NCBI GenBank assembly: GCA_051294905.1
Contig: CM119376.1
Location: forward strand, 29,016,001 to 29,080,000
Reading direction: 5' to 3'
Length of the DNA: 64,000 nt
Source of the DNA: Botryllus schlosseri
Taxonomy: Eukaryota
In this document: in pieces, positions 1 through 15,000 of the stretch
Position numbering within the stretch: position 1 is the stretch's first letter
Layout: every line of letters begins with the position of its first letter
Notes under the pieces: model-generated
Seen by the model: only the letters and a program-made list of their open reading frames with translations
What the model was told of the DNA's origin: nothing
Databases searched by the model: none
Made by a program: the position numbers and the translations under genes

Positions 1-3000
1 AGTTTCTCGAAATTGTGAATTTAAGTTCGGCACTATAGCGTTATGCAGCTGGTTTTTCGTGTTGAGTAGTCGGTGAATAAAATCTGTATCTGCACAGTAT
101 CTTGTATCCGCCAAATCGGCTGTAGAGGTTTCAGTGTGTAAGGTAGCTCAGGGGGTTTGCTCACCCGGTCAACCAGCGCGACACGCGGACAGTGCGACGC
201 CGAAAAGACTCTCGATGCACATTCAGACTCACGACGATAAGAAGTTATCTCCGATTTATGATTAGGAATTGTAATTTATAAACGTGTGTATGGCGAATAA
301 TTCTGATCTTGGATTAGTATTTGCCAGGCGTGAAAATCGACGATGTAAAACAACATACAAGCGAGTCTAATGTGATATTCAGAGTAAGGCATGGACGGGA
401 GGTTGGATATTAGTCGTCAAAGCCGCCCAACGCATTCAAGTTGGTGGTCGCTGCCACATAGTCGATAAGTGATTTTCAAAAGCTAATTAGTGCTTTGTTG
501 CAGCTAAATTCACTACTAATTTCTCCGTTAACTTCGGTACAGAATGTGTGATTCTGCAATATTGATCACTTACTTTTATTTAGATTTTTATTTGTACTAT
601 GTTACATATTGCCGAAGGGAATAAACGCGATTCTATTTGTGATCCTGATATATCTTGAAGACCCGTCAGCAGTGTACGAATTGCTACTGAGACAGGGCTG
701 AAAAACACAAAGCTGTTGATGTCGCTTAACGAGGTAACCGAAGAAATCTGGTATAGGTATAGGTGTTACAATCAAAATGATTTGGTTTATAGTGCGTTGA
801 GAGAATACAACGATAATTTCCAGTTTTATTGCAGCTATATTTCCGCACGTCCGAAAGGTCATTTCCGAACGGTCGTTACGAAACCGCCGGACTGTATGCG
901 AATGGGCGACATCAACAGCTTCGAATATGTGCCGCAGTCCTATGTCCTGTATCATTATCAATTTTATGCGTATTCACTATTCATAAACTGAATCGGCATA
1001 TGAGGCGTGTCCGCCTGATTCTTCCCAGCGTGAAAACATACATTTGGTTTGCATAGCGTAGATATCGTTAGCAAAATGCGTCTGCAGGTGTGGCAACTGC
1101 AATATCTCCTAAGGATACGCTAATGTCCTCGCGACTAATCTGTGACGAATTGAACAGTTCGACAAATAGCACATTTCGCGAACACCAATTAATACTATTG
1201 TCAAGTGGCGATACGATACCTTTGAGATGATGGATTAAATGATTTCGAAAACCCGCATGCTTAGAGTAATTTGCGATGCGCGCCATTTAGTAGGCTGCAC
1301 CATGGAGAACTAGTGCGAAACTGAATTTATCAGGTCACTTGGATGCAGCCAAGAGTGGGAATTGCACAACATGTTGTATGTTCATTGTTCACTGTTGAAC
1401 GTTCAAGGCAGTAGAAGAGGGGGGATTTCGGCGGCTGTTTTCAGTATCAGTATCATTTTATTTACACTTTGATCAATTCAAAACAACACAACACAAGATC
1501 AAGATGCAGTTGAGAGACAGGAGGAAGTGTAAACGAGTCTTTTAATCAGAGAAGACACCCACCTTGGCCTAGACCAGCAGATCTAAATAAGAAGTATGCT
1601 CACTAATTTAAAAGGAACAGAAGATAACATAGAAGGAAAGCGGTGAAAATGAAATGACCGGGTTCGCTTGGCGTGGTCGTTACGTCATATCGTGGTCCGG
1701 TAATATCGAGCACTGCTGTGTGCTGACTATTCCGTTTTTCCAATTGCTGATGTTCGGATTGTTCAGTCGGTAATAATTAGTATCACTCAATTTGACGTCA
1801 CAACAGTATGAATGCCGCAGAAAGTTAAAGTGTGTACGCACGTTTTATGCTAGCACAAAGAATAAAATGCCAGTACCATATCACATTAGGAATATTTGGT
1901 ATTTTTCGACAATACCTATTTCGTTGTACTTTGTGACAAAGTCGTGGATTGACCACGACTTCGCAGGAGTGTCATTTCCATTAACGTGCGTACTCTGTAT
2001 ACACGATTCGTTTGCTACGATACAACCAATCGAAGTTCGCAGCCTTCCTTATCCTTAGTGGAAAATAGTATCGAAACTATAAATCTCGTTGATAAATGAA
2101 CCACCGACGAGGAGAGACTGATGGTGGAAGAGCGCGTGCATGGAAGTCATCCGTAATCTGACGAAAAAAGACCGTTGAAATTACTGAAATTGATGTACTG
2201 GGCGCAAATGGCCTTATAGGCGATAAGCGCCAAAGTTGTGCGAATAAAACAAACAAACACCGGCAAGGAGAGGACAATTTCGGCATAGTCGAAAAAAGAA
2301 TCTCTCGCCACTTGACTTGAATCAATACGCGATTCAAATTCGAGCACTCGGCTCACTGTGCACAGCCGTTGTAATTAGATAACTCACGGAACGGCTCCAC
2401 ATCTTCATTCTCAACTTGGGTCGCGGACCTTATTAAAACCATCTGAGCGCTCGCGGACCTGACCATGGTGCAGTCATGTGATTCCAAAATGTCACCTCCA
2501 AATCCATACCGTTGTTTTAAACTAAAACACAATTATTATCAAGCCTATATTCGTGATGGTATATTGCATCATATTACGGATCATAATGGTTCCATTCTAG
2601 AAACACCTTTATTCGCCAACAAAGGAATTGGGGAAAAACGATAATTGAACGGTCGAATAAAGGAATAAACCGCTGAAACGGTGGTTCTAACAACAATACA
2701 GCAAGTTGGCATATTTCTATGACCCGTGTTCGTTACGTTTTAGTCGCAATGTGGAGTTAGCCATGCGTATGTGCACTGTGAGGAATACAAGCGATTAACT
2801 GTAAACGCAGACGTCGGAATTTGGTCCGTTACTATGAAATCACCTTTCGAGTTTCTCTAACGCTGTGGACCTTTTGAATCAACGTGCACTTTTCGCCTTC
2901 TGGGAATTTGGTGCCACTGTCAAAGACTTGTTCCTGATACTGACTAGACTAGAGTAAAACTGCAAAAATCTGATGTCGGATGGGTATGTGGCCTATTAAC

Positions 3001-3370
3001 AGCCAGGTTCTACATTTGTTGCCTTTATTTCTTACTAAAAACAATTGTTAGAAATGTGTTTGATAATACAATCATTTTTTAATTTACTCGTAATTTATTC
3101 GTGGGTCAGATGAAATCGTCTGGCGGGCCGTATGTGACCCGCGGGTCGTATGTTTGATGCCCCTGATGTAGGCCTATAACTTTTCGCCATCGTATCCAGA
3201 AATATGGGCCGTGGTAGAGTCGGTAGATACGGAATCATTATGAAAAATATCGGCATGGTGTGAAGCAGTGCTCTCCAGCCATTGGGTCTTTTTAGTGTTA
3301 CAGTATTCTATCCAACATTATTAGAGGCTGCAATCTTCTCTATTTAATATGATAGCAATATGATAGGTAT

Positions 3371-3876
3371 CAGTGATGAGCATCGGACCGGATTCGGAGT
3401 GGATTAGGAGCGGAGTTTTGCCGATTTTGTGAATATCGGAGCGGAGTCGGAGCTACTACAGATATTTTTCCGGACAATTTCGGAGTATTGTAACTTTTGT
3501 CTCCAATATCTTTGAATAGCTCTGACCAGAATGCACTCTTGATTATGATTACAAACCAAAACACAGACAGTTGACACCTTGGGAAGTTGTAATATGACGG
3601 GTAACATGCAAAAATGATTGCCAAGTGCATAAAAATCAGCCATCTGCACTGCAATTGGGGACTGGAGAGTAAACAATACTATGAGGCCAACCATATTATC
3701 ACATGTACCATGTGTAGCATGTACCATGCTTGCCACTGTTTCGGATACTTGACGAGATTCATCGTAGTATCTCGAAGTCTGGGATTGAGCTGTTCGGAGT
3801 GGGAGGGAGTTTTCCCCAGACACTTAAGTTGTCGGAGGGATTCGGAGTCTCGAAAAGCACTATCCGCTCATCACTG
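3371..3876. mobile_element. hAT MITE with CGGAGT/CGGATT subterminal repeats
   Basis: TIRs CAGTGATGAGC / GCTCATCACTG; perfect TSD ATAGGTAT. A related end starts near 63877. Confidence 0.9.
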
Positions 3877-6800
3877 ATAGGTATAAAGTAAAAAAAAACT
3901 TTTGGAAAACTGACGATCGGACATGTGACGGTTGGTCGAGAATAGGTGTAGCCTACTTCAATTTTAGGTATTTCTGCATATATTCCGATTAGAAAACTCA
4001 AGTCAATAAGATCTGATAGCATCATTATATAATATGCACGCTTAACTTTCGCATTGATAGTAAATTACGCGTGTATTTATGGTTTCTTTCCGCATTGATT
4101 TGTGTTTCCTTCGCTTGCCCATATCTCATATGGGACGCCAAATAAAACTTGTAAAAGTGGGTCTCGAACCTGAAAGGGTTGGAAGCACTGGTGAAAATGA
4201 TAATTGTAGTCGAAAAACACCACGAATACCACAAACATAACTGCTTCCACGTACATTAATTGATCATTATAGACTTAATTTCAGAGAAAATGTGACAGGA
4301 TCCGAGCGTAGAAGTTTTTACATCGAGACTCGATGTTACGACTGCAAGTAAGAGCGAATATCTTCGACTTATTTATTGAACGCCACACGTTTTTTCATCC
4401 TATACGAATATGGGCTACGTCACTTCGTATTAAAATATCGTTGTTGTGCAACAACGCGGAATGATTGAAACGCCGGTAATGCGACCGTTTTATCGGCTAA
4501 GTGTCCATATCATTATGTGCTCACGATTCACTGGCGCGCAGGTGTAGAGCGCGATTGCAGATATGCTTTATGATAGCTATTCGGATTAACGCATTGTTCC
4601 GTTTTTCGAAGGCGCCTCGTGCTTCGCCTCAATTAGGAATTGCAATGACTGGTCTGTTTCCTTCTCACCTCAGCAAATATTTATTGCAGGTGCATGCCCT
4701 TGAAGTCCATTAGATCGATACGGCTTGAAGAACTCATTCTCTGCCATTCTCCAGAAAAATCTTATTAGGATTACAGTCTGATGAATTGCAGCTCTATAAC
4801 TTCACCGGTACGTCTGTATGGGTGTCTTGCAGCAAATCCTTTGAGCCGTCTCTTATTGCTGAAATCTATGATGGATTTCCGCGTTCTAGAAGATATATTT
4901 ATTACGCTGACATGCGCCGTGGCGCTCAAGCAAAAACTTCCGCTGTTATCAATCCAAAGTTGCTTGGTCAATTGGTAATCGGTACTCGATTTATGCGTAT
5001 ACAGACGTCTTTTACGCAGGTGTACTGGTTTTATTTAACTTTGATGAAGATGGAGAATATCATTAATTATTGCACGAATTCCATGATTGCATATGTCACA
5101 CGTGCTTTACTTTACTACTAGTTATAGGTTTCACTGATTCAGATCTCACGAATTTGCGTTCAGTTTTCTTTTTACAGTAGAATGCTATATTCATGTTGAA
5201 ATAAACACGAACAATTTCGGCTGACACGCGCCAGGGGTATAATCGACATCAGCTAGTAGAGAATTGGTAAGAACATTGTACATCAACGATTTCTTTTTGC
5301 ACCCGAGCAACGAGTGCTTCTTCGTAAGTTCTAACTTCTTCTAATTTACTTAAGTATATATTGACTCCCTGCGCAAGTGATTGTGTTTTAGACTATACTT
5401 TCACATGTACTTGAACGGATTCTATATTTCACACCATATGTTAACATATGTCTTTTTTTAAGAGGATTTTTCCTATTTTTTCTATAAATTGAAAGCGGAG
5501 GACGCTTAAATGTCCTTTTATTTGGGGGGAATTTGTCCTCTTTCTCTAGAAAGAGTATTTAAATGCGATCACAAACAAACCCGACTCCGACGCAGCGAAC
5601 GCCAGAGTTGACGAGACAGTCACCGAAACACACGGCACGGCGGGTATTTTGGGAATAGAGTGGGGAAAGATGATCTTTTTTAGTCAACACAGCCGAGATG
5701 GGGTGAAAGCGGGTAGTTCTGGGGTCGAGTCGGAAAGAGGCTTTTTTAGTTAACATAAAATTCCAAAAAATTGTCCGGTACTAGAGATTTCAGAATTTTT
5801 GAAAAGGGTCCCTCATTTTCGGATCCCAAAATACGGTAACCCTATGACACTGAATCAGGAAATCACTTGATTATAAATGAGACGTGTTTCTGCGGTTGGT
5901 TGCAAATCATTTCACAACAGTTGGTACAGATATACGACATACGTACACCATGAAGCTTGTACGTCATTCGTGTGTTGTCGAGATATTTTCATAGTCGCCC
6001 TTTCTCATTCACTTGCAGAGTTTCGCCAGCGTACAAAGCATTTAAAATGCAGGTGTCAAGTTATCGCACTGGATTGCGGCCAGACCACCGCTGTTTTAAT
6101 CGGGGCTACGGCTCGCGCGCCTTGTTAGCACTTGTATCCACACGAGAGCATAATTACATATTCTTCACTGTCGGTTTACCGATACGTTTTCAGTTCTCAC
6201 ATTCCAGAGACATCTTCTCGGCATGTATGACATAAGGACGTCTACAACGTTTACAAATGCTCTTAGTAACTAACAAAGTATCTCAATACAAAATTGCTTT
6301 CCCGAGAATATATACATACGCACAGGAATCTTCCGTAGAGTACCTCGGTGATAATACTTTAAACCCATTGTTTATGCACTCGTAGCGCCACAGAAATAAC
6401 GTGTCGGATGATTTCCTAATTAGCCAGACACTTTTATCCTAATCCGAAAGGGAACAGATATGAATGTAGGTTTCATTTCGATGTTATATCCAGGTGCGCA
6501 TGGAAATTAGGCTTTTATCGAGATCAACGCGCGCTGAATATTTTACCGGAATCCAGGTGTTTCGCGCCTAGGGTAAAGAAGTTCATTTGTGTCATGGAAT
6601 CATAAAGATATCAATAATGCGTAACGAAGCCCCGTTGAATTTGAGATAATAAGAATAAATTTTCGATATATGGATAGTTATTATCTCATACTAAGCAATA
6701 TAATAAATCAAGTATTACGAAGTTTTCAGGTACTTGCATTATTTGACTATATGGTCAGGTGCGGATATCCATTGTGATATTATATCACCCAACGCGGTTT

Positions 6801-9800
6801 TAATGAGCCCTTCTTTAAACACAGCTCGCCTCGTTATTTTCCAAGTAATATGTTCACGGCGAACCGTTAACCTACCACAATATATGCGATGTAACGCATA
6901 TTCAGATTGGTCGAGTCTGTTTCAAAGGTTTACGATTCAAAGTAAATCCATAAATGACAATAGAGTAGCGAGATGTGTGAGGATGCTTGTGCCGTAAAGA
7001 GTCGTGTATTCCTTGCCTGGCACCTCACGCGAAGCATTTGGAAGCAAGCCCACACGATTTTTAGATACTATATTATGTTGCTTACGATATCGCAATACTT
7101 ACACATACCTTCACATTTTGAATTTCATCGCTGTAAAGATTTTACGGCGTTAATATGGAACCATTACATCGCGGGGTGATATGAAATGATTCAACAATAT
7201 TGTCTGATTTTCGCGTTCATTCTGTTGTAATCTTTTTCAACAGTCAGAAGATATTTCAAGATCACGACTCTCCGACGTATATGCTAATCCAGATCCAGAC
7301 TGCATTAGTGGTACTTCATAGGCATCAGCTTTTTTTTGTAATTTGAAAGATTCCTGTTGAATGCAAAATTGTTTGTTCTCGCGGCTGACTCAAAATACGT
7401 GCGTCGAGAAACAGTATCGTCCTATGTCAATCCACGTAAATTAGGTGGACGCTAATTGCGAAAAGATTTGCTTAGCTCGCCAATATATTAACCAACCGCA
7501 ATCAAACCTGTACAAATGAAGGATCGCACACATTATGAAGTAAAGCGCTCGTAGAGTACACGTGAATTTAACTTGTTTGCTCAATTGTGTTTTATGGGCA
7601 ACGGAGCTCGATTCTACACTAAACGAGAACGTTTCTGTTTGTACAGCTGCGCTCACGATGTGACATTTCAGATATATATTGTTGCCTGACGCGGGTCTTC
7701 TCCGGATAGCCTCTTTGAAACGCGAATTGGAAAGATACCGTTTAATCCGATTTGATAATAAACATCTTCCTGTAATGTCTATTGCCGACAATGACCGCAT
7801 GAAGGCAACGATAATATAGTTTGACTTTTGACTCAGGCGCTATCGATATTGACTACAATTTCATAATATTACGGCAGTTATGCAGTTCTATTGCAACAAC
7901 AATTGGCCAGGTTTCCACTCATTGTATATGGATGTTGTCCTAACATCAATTTACAAAGTTTGATTGACATTATAGCAATTGATTTTGATTTCAAATTTTG
8001 ACATGATATCGCTTTCTCATTTATCCATCTAGCTTTTCCGTTCGCACCGCACCGTCCAATAGCGGGACTTATGTACTTTGGCCGAATGAGATTGTTTGAT
8101 GTGACACGTTTGGTCGAATTTCCGTGAGCGTTGATAAACACGATGGGCTCGAACACGCTTGTCAAACAGAATACTATGTCGATGGTTATACGATTATATT
8201 CCGTTCGGCAACGAAAGCTACCGCTTAGATGACTTGGATGTTAGTATTATTGTACGCTTTAACTGACTCGACTGATAAATGTGTGGAAATTGAACATTAG
8301 TAGTCGTTGGTACTTGGTATCATTTCGATTTAGTTTTGCATTGAACGTTGCATGTTTACAGCACAATCAATGTTTCTACAATGAGTACAGGCTACGGTCA
8401 GCAGGTAATTTAGCAAAATAAGCTGTAAATAAACATGCTATTTAGCCAATTACGATCGGCCCACAGCGCGAGTTCCACAAACCGGTCTTACACGACCGAA
8501 TGGAAACAGGCTCATTTCAAAACAAAAGCGAAATGAAAGCCTCTAATTATGTTTAAAGTTTTGAAATGATGCAGCAGAGCTATATACCTTGTATAATCCA
8601 TTTCAGCCGCAAAATATATGTTCGCATTAGACTGCGGTCAGAGCCGGCAGGTGTGCCTTGCGATTGTAGATAAGTGTGCCAAAAGCATTGCAAATAAAGA
8701 GACGATCCAGCATCGTTCATCTGAGAATTAACTGCATCATCCTGGATAGATTGAAAGGCGCATGTAGTTTATTAGATAGGTGCACGTCTGTAAGCCTAAA
8801 CCTCGCATAAAATTGGTTAACACAATCTCAGATATCGCGTATGATATCGATGAATCGGCTGTATTTTCTAATGGTTTTCGCCACATGAAAGTATACTCTG
8901 AATCTATTGAATTACCGGTACACTTTTTAAAGGCCAATGGTGATTGTAAACGATATGACTGTTTAAATGAGTTGTTAACTTAGATTGTAAGCGACGTCTT
9001 ATATTCCTCAGTGATTGATTGTCCGTGAATGAATCGAGCTGGTTCTTATGTTTCTTTGCAGGTGGCCGGGTATATTCTGAAATAATCTCGCAGATGTCGT
9101 CAATTTCTCGGACAGCTGCGTTATGAGATTACTATAGCTGCTCAGTGTCATTATGAGCAAATAGTTACTTGATGGGCATATTTTTACCCGAGATATGATG
9201 GATTATATGAAGAATTGCTGTAACAAAATAAGATTTCGCGAGCAGATCCGAAGCATCGTTGTGTGCGGGTTGTTAGCGTAGCATTGGCTAATCAGACCTG
9301 ACTGCAATGGCATTTTAATTGAGTGGAATCAACAATTTATCTGAGAATGTTGGTCATGTTGAAGAGACACGAAAACAATCGTAGCAATTATTATTATTGG
9401 TCTCTAGTTTTTATGCGTTTGCTATCGATCCAATTGTCATTTTGAATCGAGAGTTTAATGCGACTTAGATGGATTAGCCAAAAACTATCGAAAGTTAAAA
9501 TTCCAGTGTGGGTTCAATCAGACTTGGCAACTTAATAAATCTAGGTGTATTTTTATACTAGTTGGAATTAATTTAATTTTTGAAACATTTTTATGCCTTA
9601 ATTTTTGTTCTAGTCTAATTTCTGATCTTTCTGAAAATGCTACGGGAGAAATGTATATTGCGAAACGAGCCAAGCTTGGTGTACTTGTACACTGTACGAA
9701 ATTATAGTTCTGATCTAATTTGGAAAAACGGTGTAGCTATACTTCTCATTCTAGTCTAATTTAAAAGAAAACTTTGTAGCTATAATTCTGATCGTAATTT

Positions 9801-12079
9801 GATTTGGAAAAGTTGAAAATTGTTTAACTGTAGAATGTCTGAATCAAATCGACATTATGAATAGTAACTTCGAATGAGACTTCAGTTGGAATGGCCAAAA
9901 GTGCCTAAGAGGGTTATGCTATGCGTAAGTTATGATTTCAGTGTGGGCGCAAAGAGCTGTAACGATATTTTCAATTTCAAATATATACCATTTGAACATG
10001 ATCATAACTTTTCGGGCAATTAATGACTGTTAATCATATCACCATTTGCATTTTAAAACCTCTGCAATGCAATGGTGAATGTTGCAGCGAGATTTGCGTG
10101 TCGTGCTTCATACGATGTCAATAGATCGATTAGCGGTTACCGCAATTACGCAATTAGAATGTGATGCACCGTACGTGCTTCAACTCCCGCATAATAATGC
10201 TGACGTAAGCGCGGATGAACGTAATCTTTTTGAAGCGTTCTAAGAGACCCCTCTCGGTAGTCAGCACCAATACGAAATACATGCAAGCCGACTGTTATAT
10301 TTGTATGTTGGCACGCTCAAGTTGCGACCAAGGAAAACTTCTAGCAGAACATTTAATGTGATGAGCGACATGTCTACCTGTAGGCCGTCACTACTACATG
10401 GCAGACTTGGACAACTCGATACTTGTTATTGCATAAGACTAATTAGAACGAATGCAGGTAATCTGATTCTAATCTAATTTTGTATGAAGCATTGATATGC
10501 TCTAAGTCTAATTGTAATCTAATTTGTGGTTCCTGTAAAGGATACAGAAGAACTGTACAACAGCGCGAAAAGAGCCAAGCTTAATTGGTCGAAAGATAGT
10601 TGCTGTTCTCGTGTCTATGAGAATGAACTTTAATTCGATGTGAACTGAAATTGATTTGTGTTTCATTTCCAAGTTATGTTCAGTAATTCTAATTTTAATC
10701 TCATTTGGAAAAACGGGGAATCTTTCTAGTTTTCCAACTTCGAAGCTACAGAGTAGGGTTTGGCATAAATACATATAAAAAAACAGAGTGTTTTGGTGTA
10801 AACTTTGGAAATACGACATACCCATCTCTGTACATGTGAGAATGGGGCATTTGGCAGACGTCAAGGGGCAGATCAGAAAAATCGACACGGTTTCCCTGTG
10901 TCATGGTTTGTGTGCCGACAGTCGCGATTCGTTCGGATCCGCCGATTACGGCAATTAATCTCCGTTTAAGAGACGATTTTGCGAGACATTTGATTACGAC
11001 AAGAATTTTTATGACGGCTGTATTTCAAATCATATGAACTTGTGCAATTACCGGCAGAATATTGACTCACCCACGGTAAACACACAAGGCCTATTGCCCC
11101 GAGAAAGCGCGACGCGGATGTGGACGGGTGATACAGCTACTAAGTGAAGTATTACTAAGTACGGTTGAATTGAACTGCGCTGCGTTTCGTAAATTTGCTT
11201 TCCGATAAGCTCTGAAAAAGCAGGTGTGGGAGAGGCTTATGGTCAAACACGTAATGTGCGAATAATTGCGTGGAAATTTTGATGTAAGACATTTATCTAA
11301 ACCCTCAGCAGTTAATAGTAATGCGTTATCATGTTTAAATACAATAATCTGACAATGAGATGATCGAAAATCGCGCATCGCCTATCAGAGTATGAAAAAT
11401 TACTTTCAATATCTGATTGCCTTGCTGATTCACGAATGAAGATATAATATAAGGGACGATTAGTATCAATATATCAGAAATGTGACCCAATTCATCATGT
11501 GAATATCGTGAGGTTATAGGGCACGCTGTACAAGCAGATAAGAGTTTAATGATACAGAGATGAGGCACGGTTATCGCTATTCATTGAATATGCGTAGACG
11601 TTGCAGTGTAAAAGCACCTGGCCGTTGTGTGATTGCCACCTTTGTTGCACCCTTCCGATCGAGATCAAACGTGCTGCGAATGAGGCGTAGAAGTGTTTGC
11701 AGAGTTGGTGGCATTTAGTGTACTGCTGTGACAAGCCAAACACGACCGCCGAGAGAATTTGCCCTGTGATGCAAAAGAAAGGTTGCTCGCCCTATATGTA
11801 CAAAATTTTGGATTCTCACGCGGATTCTGTCGATTTACGGCGACTGGATGCCGAATTTGTTCTGCTACGAATACAATTTCGTTCGAGTACTACATTCATA
11901 GTGATAAAAAAAAAATTTGCGCTAACACTGGTCAGGATAATCTTCAGCAACTAGCAGAGAATTGAAACTGTATATCAACAACCGTATATTTTCAGAACTA
12001 TCAACTATAGTGTCGGAATTAGCAAAGTTTTGTAAGAAAGATATTGTGCATTACGTGACACCCTCCACCGGATAAAAGA

Positions 12080-15000
12080 ATGGCGAGGAGATATACGTTA
12101 TCGACAACTTGCTTTGTCATATTATTTTCGATGATATCTTTGATTGCGGGGCGATCGAGGACGACAAAGTCTTCTGGAAACAACGCAACATCGACGGATG
12201 TATCTGAGCATTTTCAGAACGCAGGAACATCGATTCATCCAGTAGACGATCGTAACAGCGATGCGCGATCCGCAACAAGAGTTAATGTCCTGAGAACAGC
12301 ATCATTAAAAGAGAAGAAACGCAAGACGAAATCGAACAGAAAGGCTAGGAGAAATAGACGACGTAAAAAAGCCAGAACTAGTATTGATTCCAATAATATC
12401 ATCAGAGACACAATGATACACGTGCTCGGATTTAACAGCATGCCCACAAGGTCAGATTGTGAAGGTGCTGAATGCCGCAGACAAGCTACTAGTTCTGAAC
12501 ACGGCGCAAGAAGCGGCCGATTACCTCCCGATAGCTTGGATTCGGCGCAATTCAAGCCGCACCCGCCGGATTTCATGCTGGAACTTTATCGATCGTACGC
12601 GGAAGATAAAGACCTCATGATTTTACAGTCGAAGTCGCAGGGAAACACCGTACGGAGTTTTTTCCCTAGCCCAGGTACGTGTGCTTGACAACGTCGGATT
12701 TTTAACTATCCATCGTCTCTAAATTAAATAAAACTCAGAATTTCCACATTGCAAGAATATTTATCCCTTACCAAATATCGCTTATCCCAATTTTATGTTA
12801 ACAATCGAGGATTGAATAGCTTCTTGGAGGTACGGAACTTTAATATACAATTAAATAGTATATTCATATTAAAATGAACCCGAGGATTGCTGTGTTAGGC
12901 AAAGTATTCTTCGGATAACTGCTTGGTGGTTCAGAACTTCGAGATACGATTGAATAATATGTTTAATGTTTATGCTAGTTACTGGTGATTCATGTCAATA
13001 GGAATGTATTATTCAGAAGTATTATCATGTTATCATATTATGTCGTTTCACGCTTGACAACATCGGATGTGAACTAAAGTGTCTGAATTCGATAGAGACC
13101 TCCGAATTCACAATTTCCATATTGGTAAATGGATGATTATTTGTCATAAAATATCAATAACCCCAATTCTATGTTAACAATCCGTGATTGCTGTATTATG
13201 CAAAGTATTATTTCCAGTCAAAAATCTTGTAATGTCCATACTTGACAACGTCGGATGTAAACTATGGAGTGTCTGAGTTTGATAAAAATCTCCAAATTCC
13301 CAATTTGCACATTGATAGACGGAAGATTTTATCCATCATAAAACATCACTTATCTCAATTTTATATCAACAATCGTGGATTTATGTATTACACGAATTAT
13401 TATTCCGAGTCAAAAATCCCGTTACGTGGTTTCGCAGCAGGTTTATTTTGATGCGTCCGTCATTACACTCGTGTGTTTGATCTTCTGAGACGCAGATATA
13501 TAAACAAATTACTCGGTTTTGGCGTACGAAAGAATATCAAAAGCCTCTCGGGTAAACAGTAGGTGGAAACAACAGATGGCGCGTTATGGCTCTCAAGTAG
13601 TAAATTCTCGAGGTCACATTGACTTCGCGAGATTACCGAAATAGCCACCTGCAGACATAACCGACTCTAATAAGAGACCGCCGACGATCAAAAGATTCGA
13701 ACCTTTCCAAAACAAAAAAAAAATCATCGTGTTACGTCACTGTTAGCGATTTTTACGAACAGGTGCGCTCGGCGAGGATAGCTATTGTTATCTGTGAAAA
13801 CGATCGCGGCTGAATTTCGTTCCCGCTCTTGTTACTCAATAGCTCCATATCTCTCTTGAATGGCACCATTTTATATTCTAATCCGCCAATTACTGTATGA
13901 GAAGAGTTAAAGATCCCCAAATCCGGTGGAGATGAACTAGCAAGTGGCAATATCCTTTGTCAAATAAAGTTTGTTCTCTGATCGACATGTATTTTAGAAG
14001 GACTTCTTGAAGATACGGAACTCCAACATACAATTGATTAATACATTCATATTGTATAGAGGTAGAGTGTCAGCCGAAAATACTCATTTTATTTCAATAT
14101 TAATATATCATTCAATTATACCTGTATTTTTGGAAATCATGAAATTTCAATCTGGGTCGTCCTTCATGGGTGAATCACTGGTAGGGCCAATAAGATTGAT
14201 ACACCACCTATCATAGTTAATTGAATTCACGAAAATTTAGCCTGTTATTCTTGCAGCAAAGTATTGGGCAATGTATTGCTTTTGATCGAATTTAGCCGTT
14301 GGTTAGCTTTGTACTTAGCGACGCGCTGTGTTACATTTCTGTTAACTGTCATACGAGCTTTTCCTGTAAGTGCAATCATCTGTTAGGTGTGAATGGAACA
14401 ATCGCCGATTCACAGTCGCTGTAGTATTGAGGTAAATGTCAAAGTCCCGGGCACTTCAAAAACATTAGCTTTCCAATCAATTCATGTCTGTGGGTATAGA
14501 ATATCACAGTTCACACCGTTTGGCGCGTGTTGCCTTTATCTCTTGTTTGTTCCGACAAGATTTTCGCCACACATTGATACTGCGCCATTCTTTGGATAGT
14601 ATATAACACCCCATTTGTAAACTACCGGAAAACAGACAGATCACTTTGCGACCGCAAATGTGTCGGCGCTACCGACCACACAGCTGGCGCTGGCATCGTA
14701 TGTCGTGTAGTGTTGCAAAGCAATCGGCTGTTTTGTTGACTCGGACTCTATAGAATATAAGATAGCATTTTGTAATCATGATTATCTCGGATCTTTCATC
14801 AAACAAAAATCGAGGCTCAATAGGTCATTTCTGTCACGATAATTTCCTCACATTGGATAGTGGATAACGTGCGCGTTAGAATACAACATCTCAATACACG
14901 CGTCGATAATATTTAAATTAAAGACAGAAAAAAACGCATGCCAAGTTAACAACCAGAGTCGGAGAGGAAGAAATTTTTAGAATTAGAATTATAGCTACAC

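Noticed and set aside
13463-13950. Antisense nested gene in BMP3 intron 1
   Set aside because: Two short minus-strand ORFs have possible acceptors but no joinable frame or homology.
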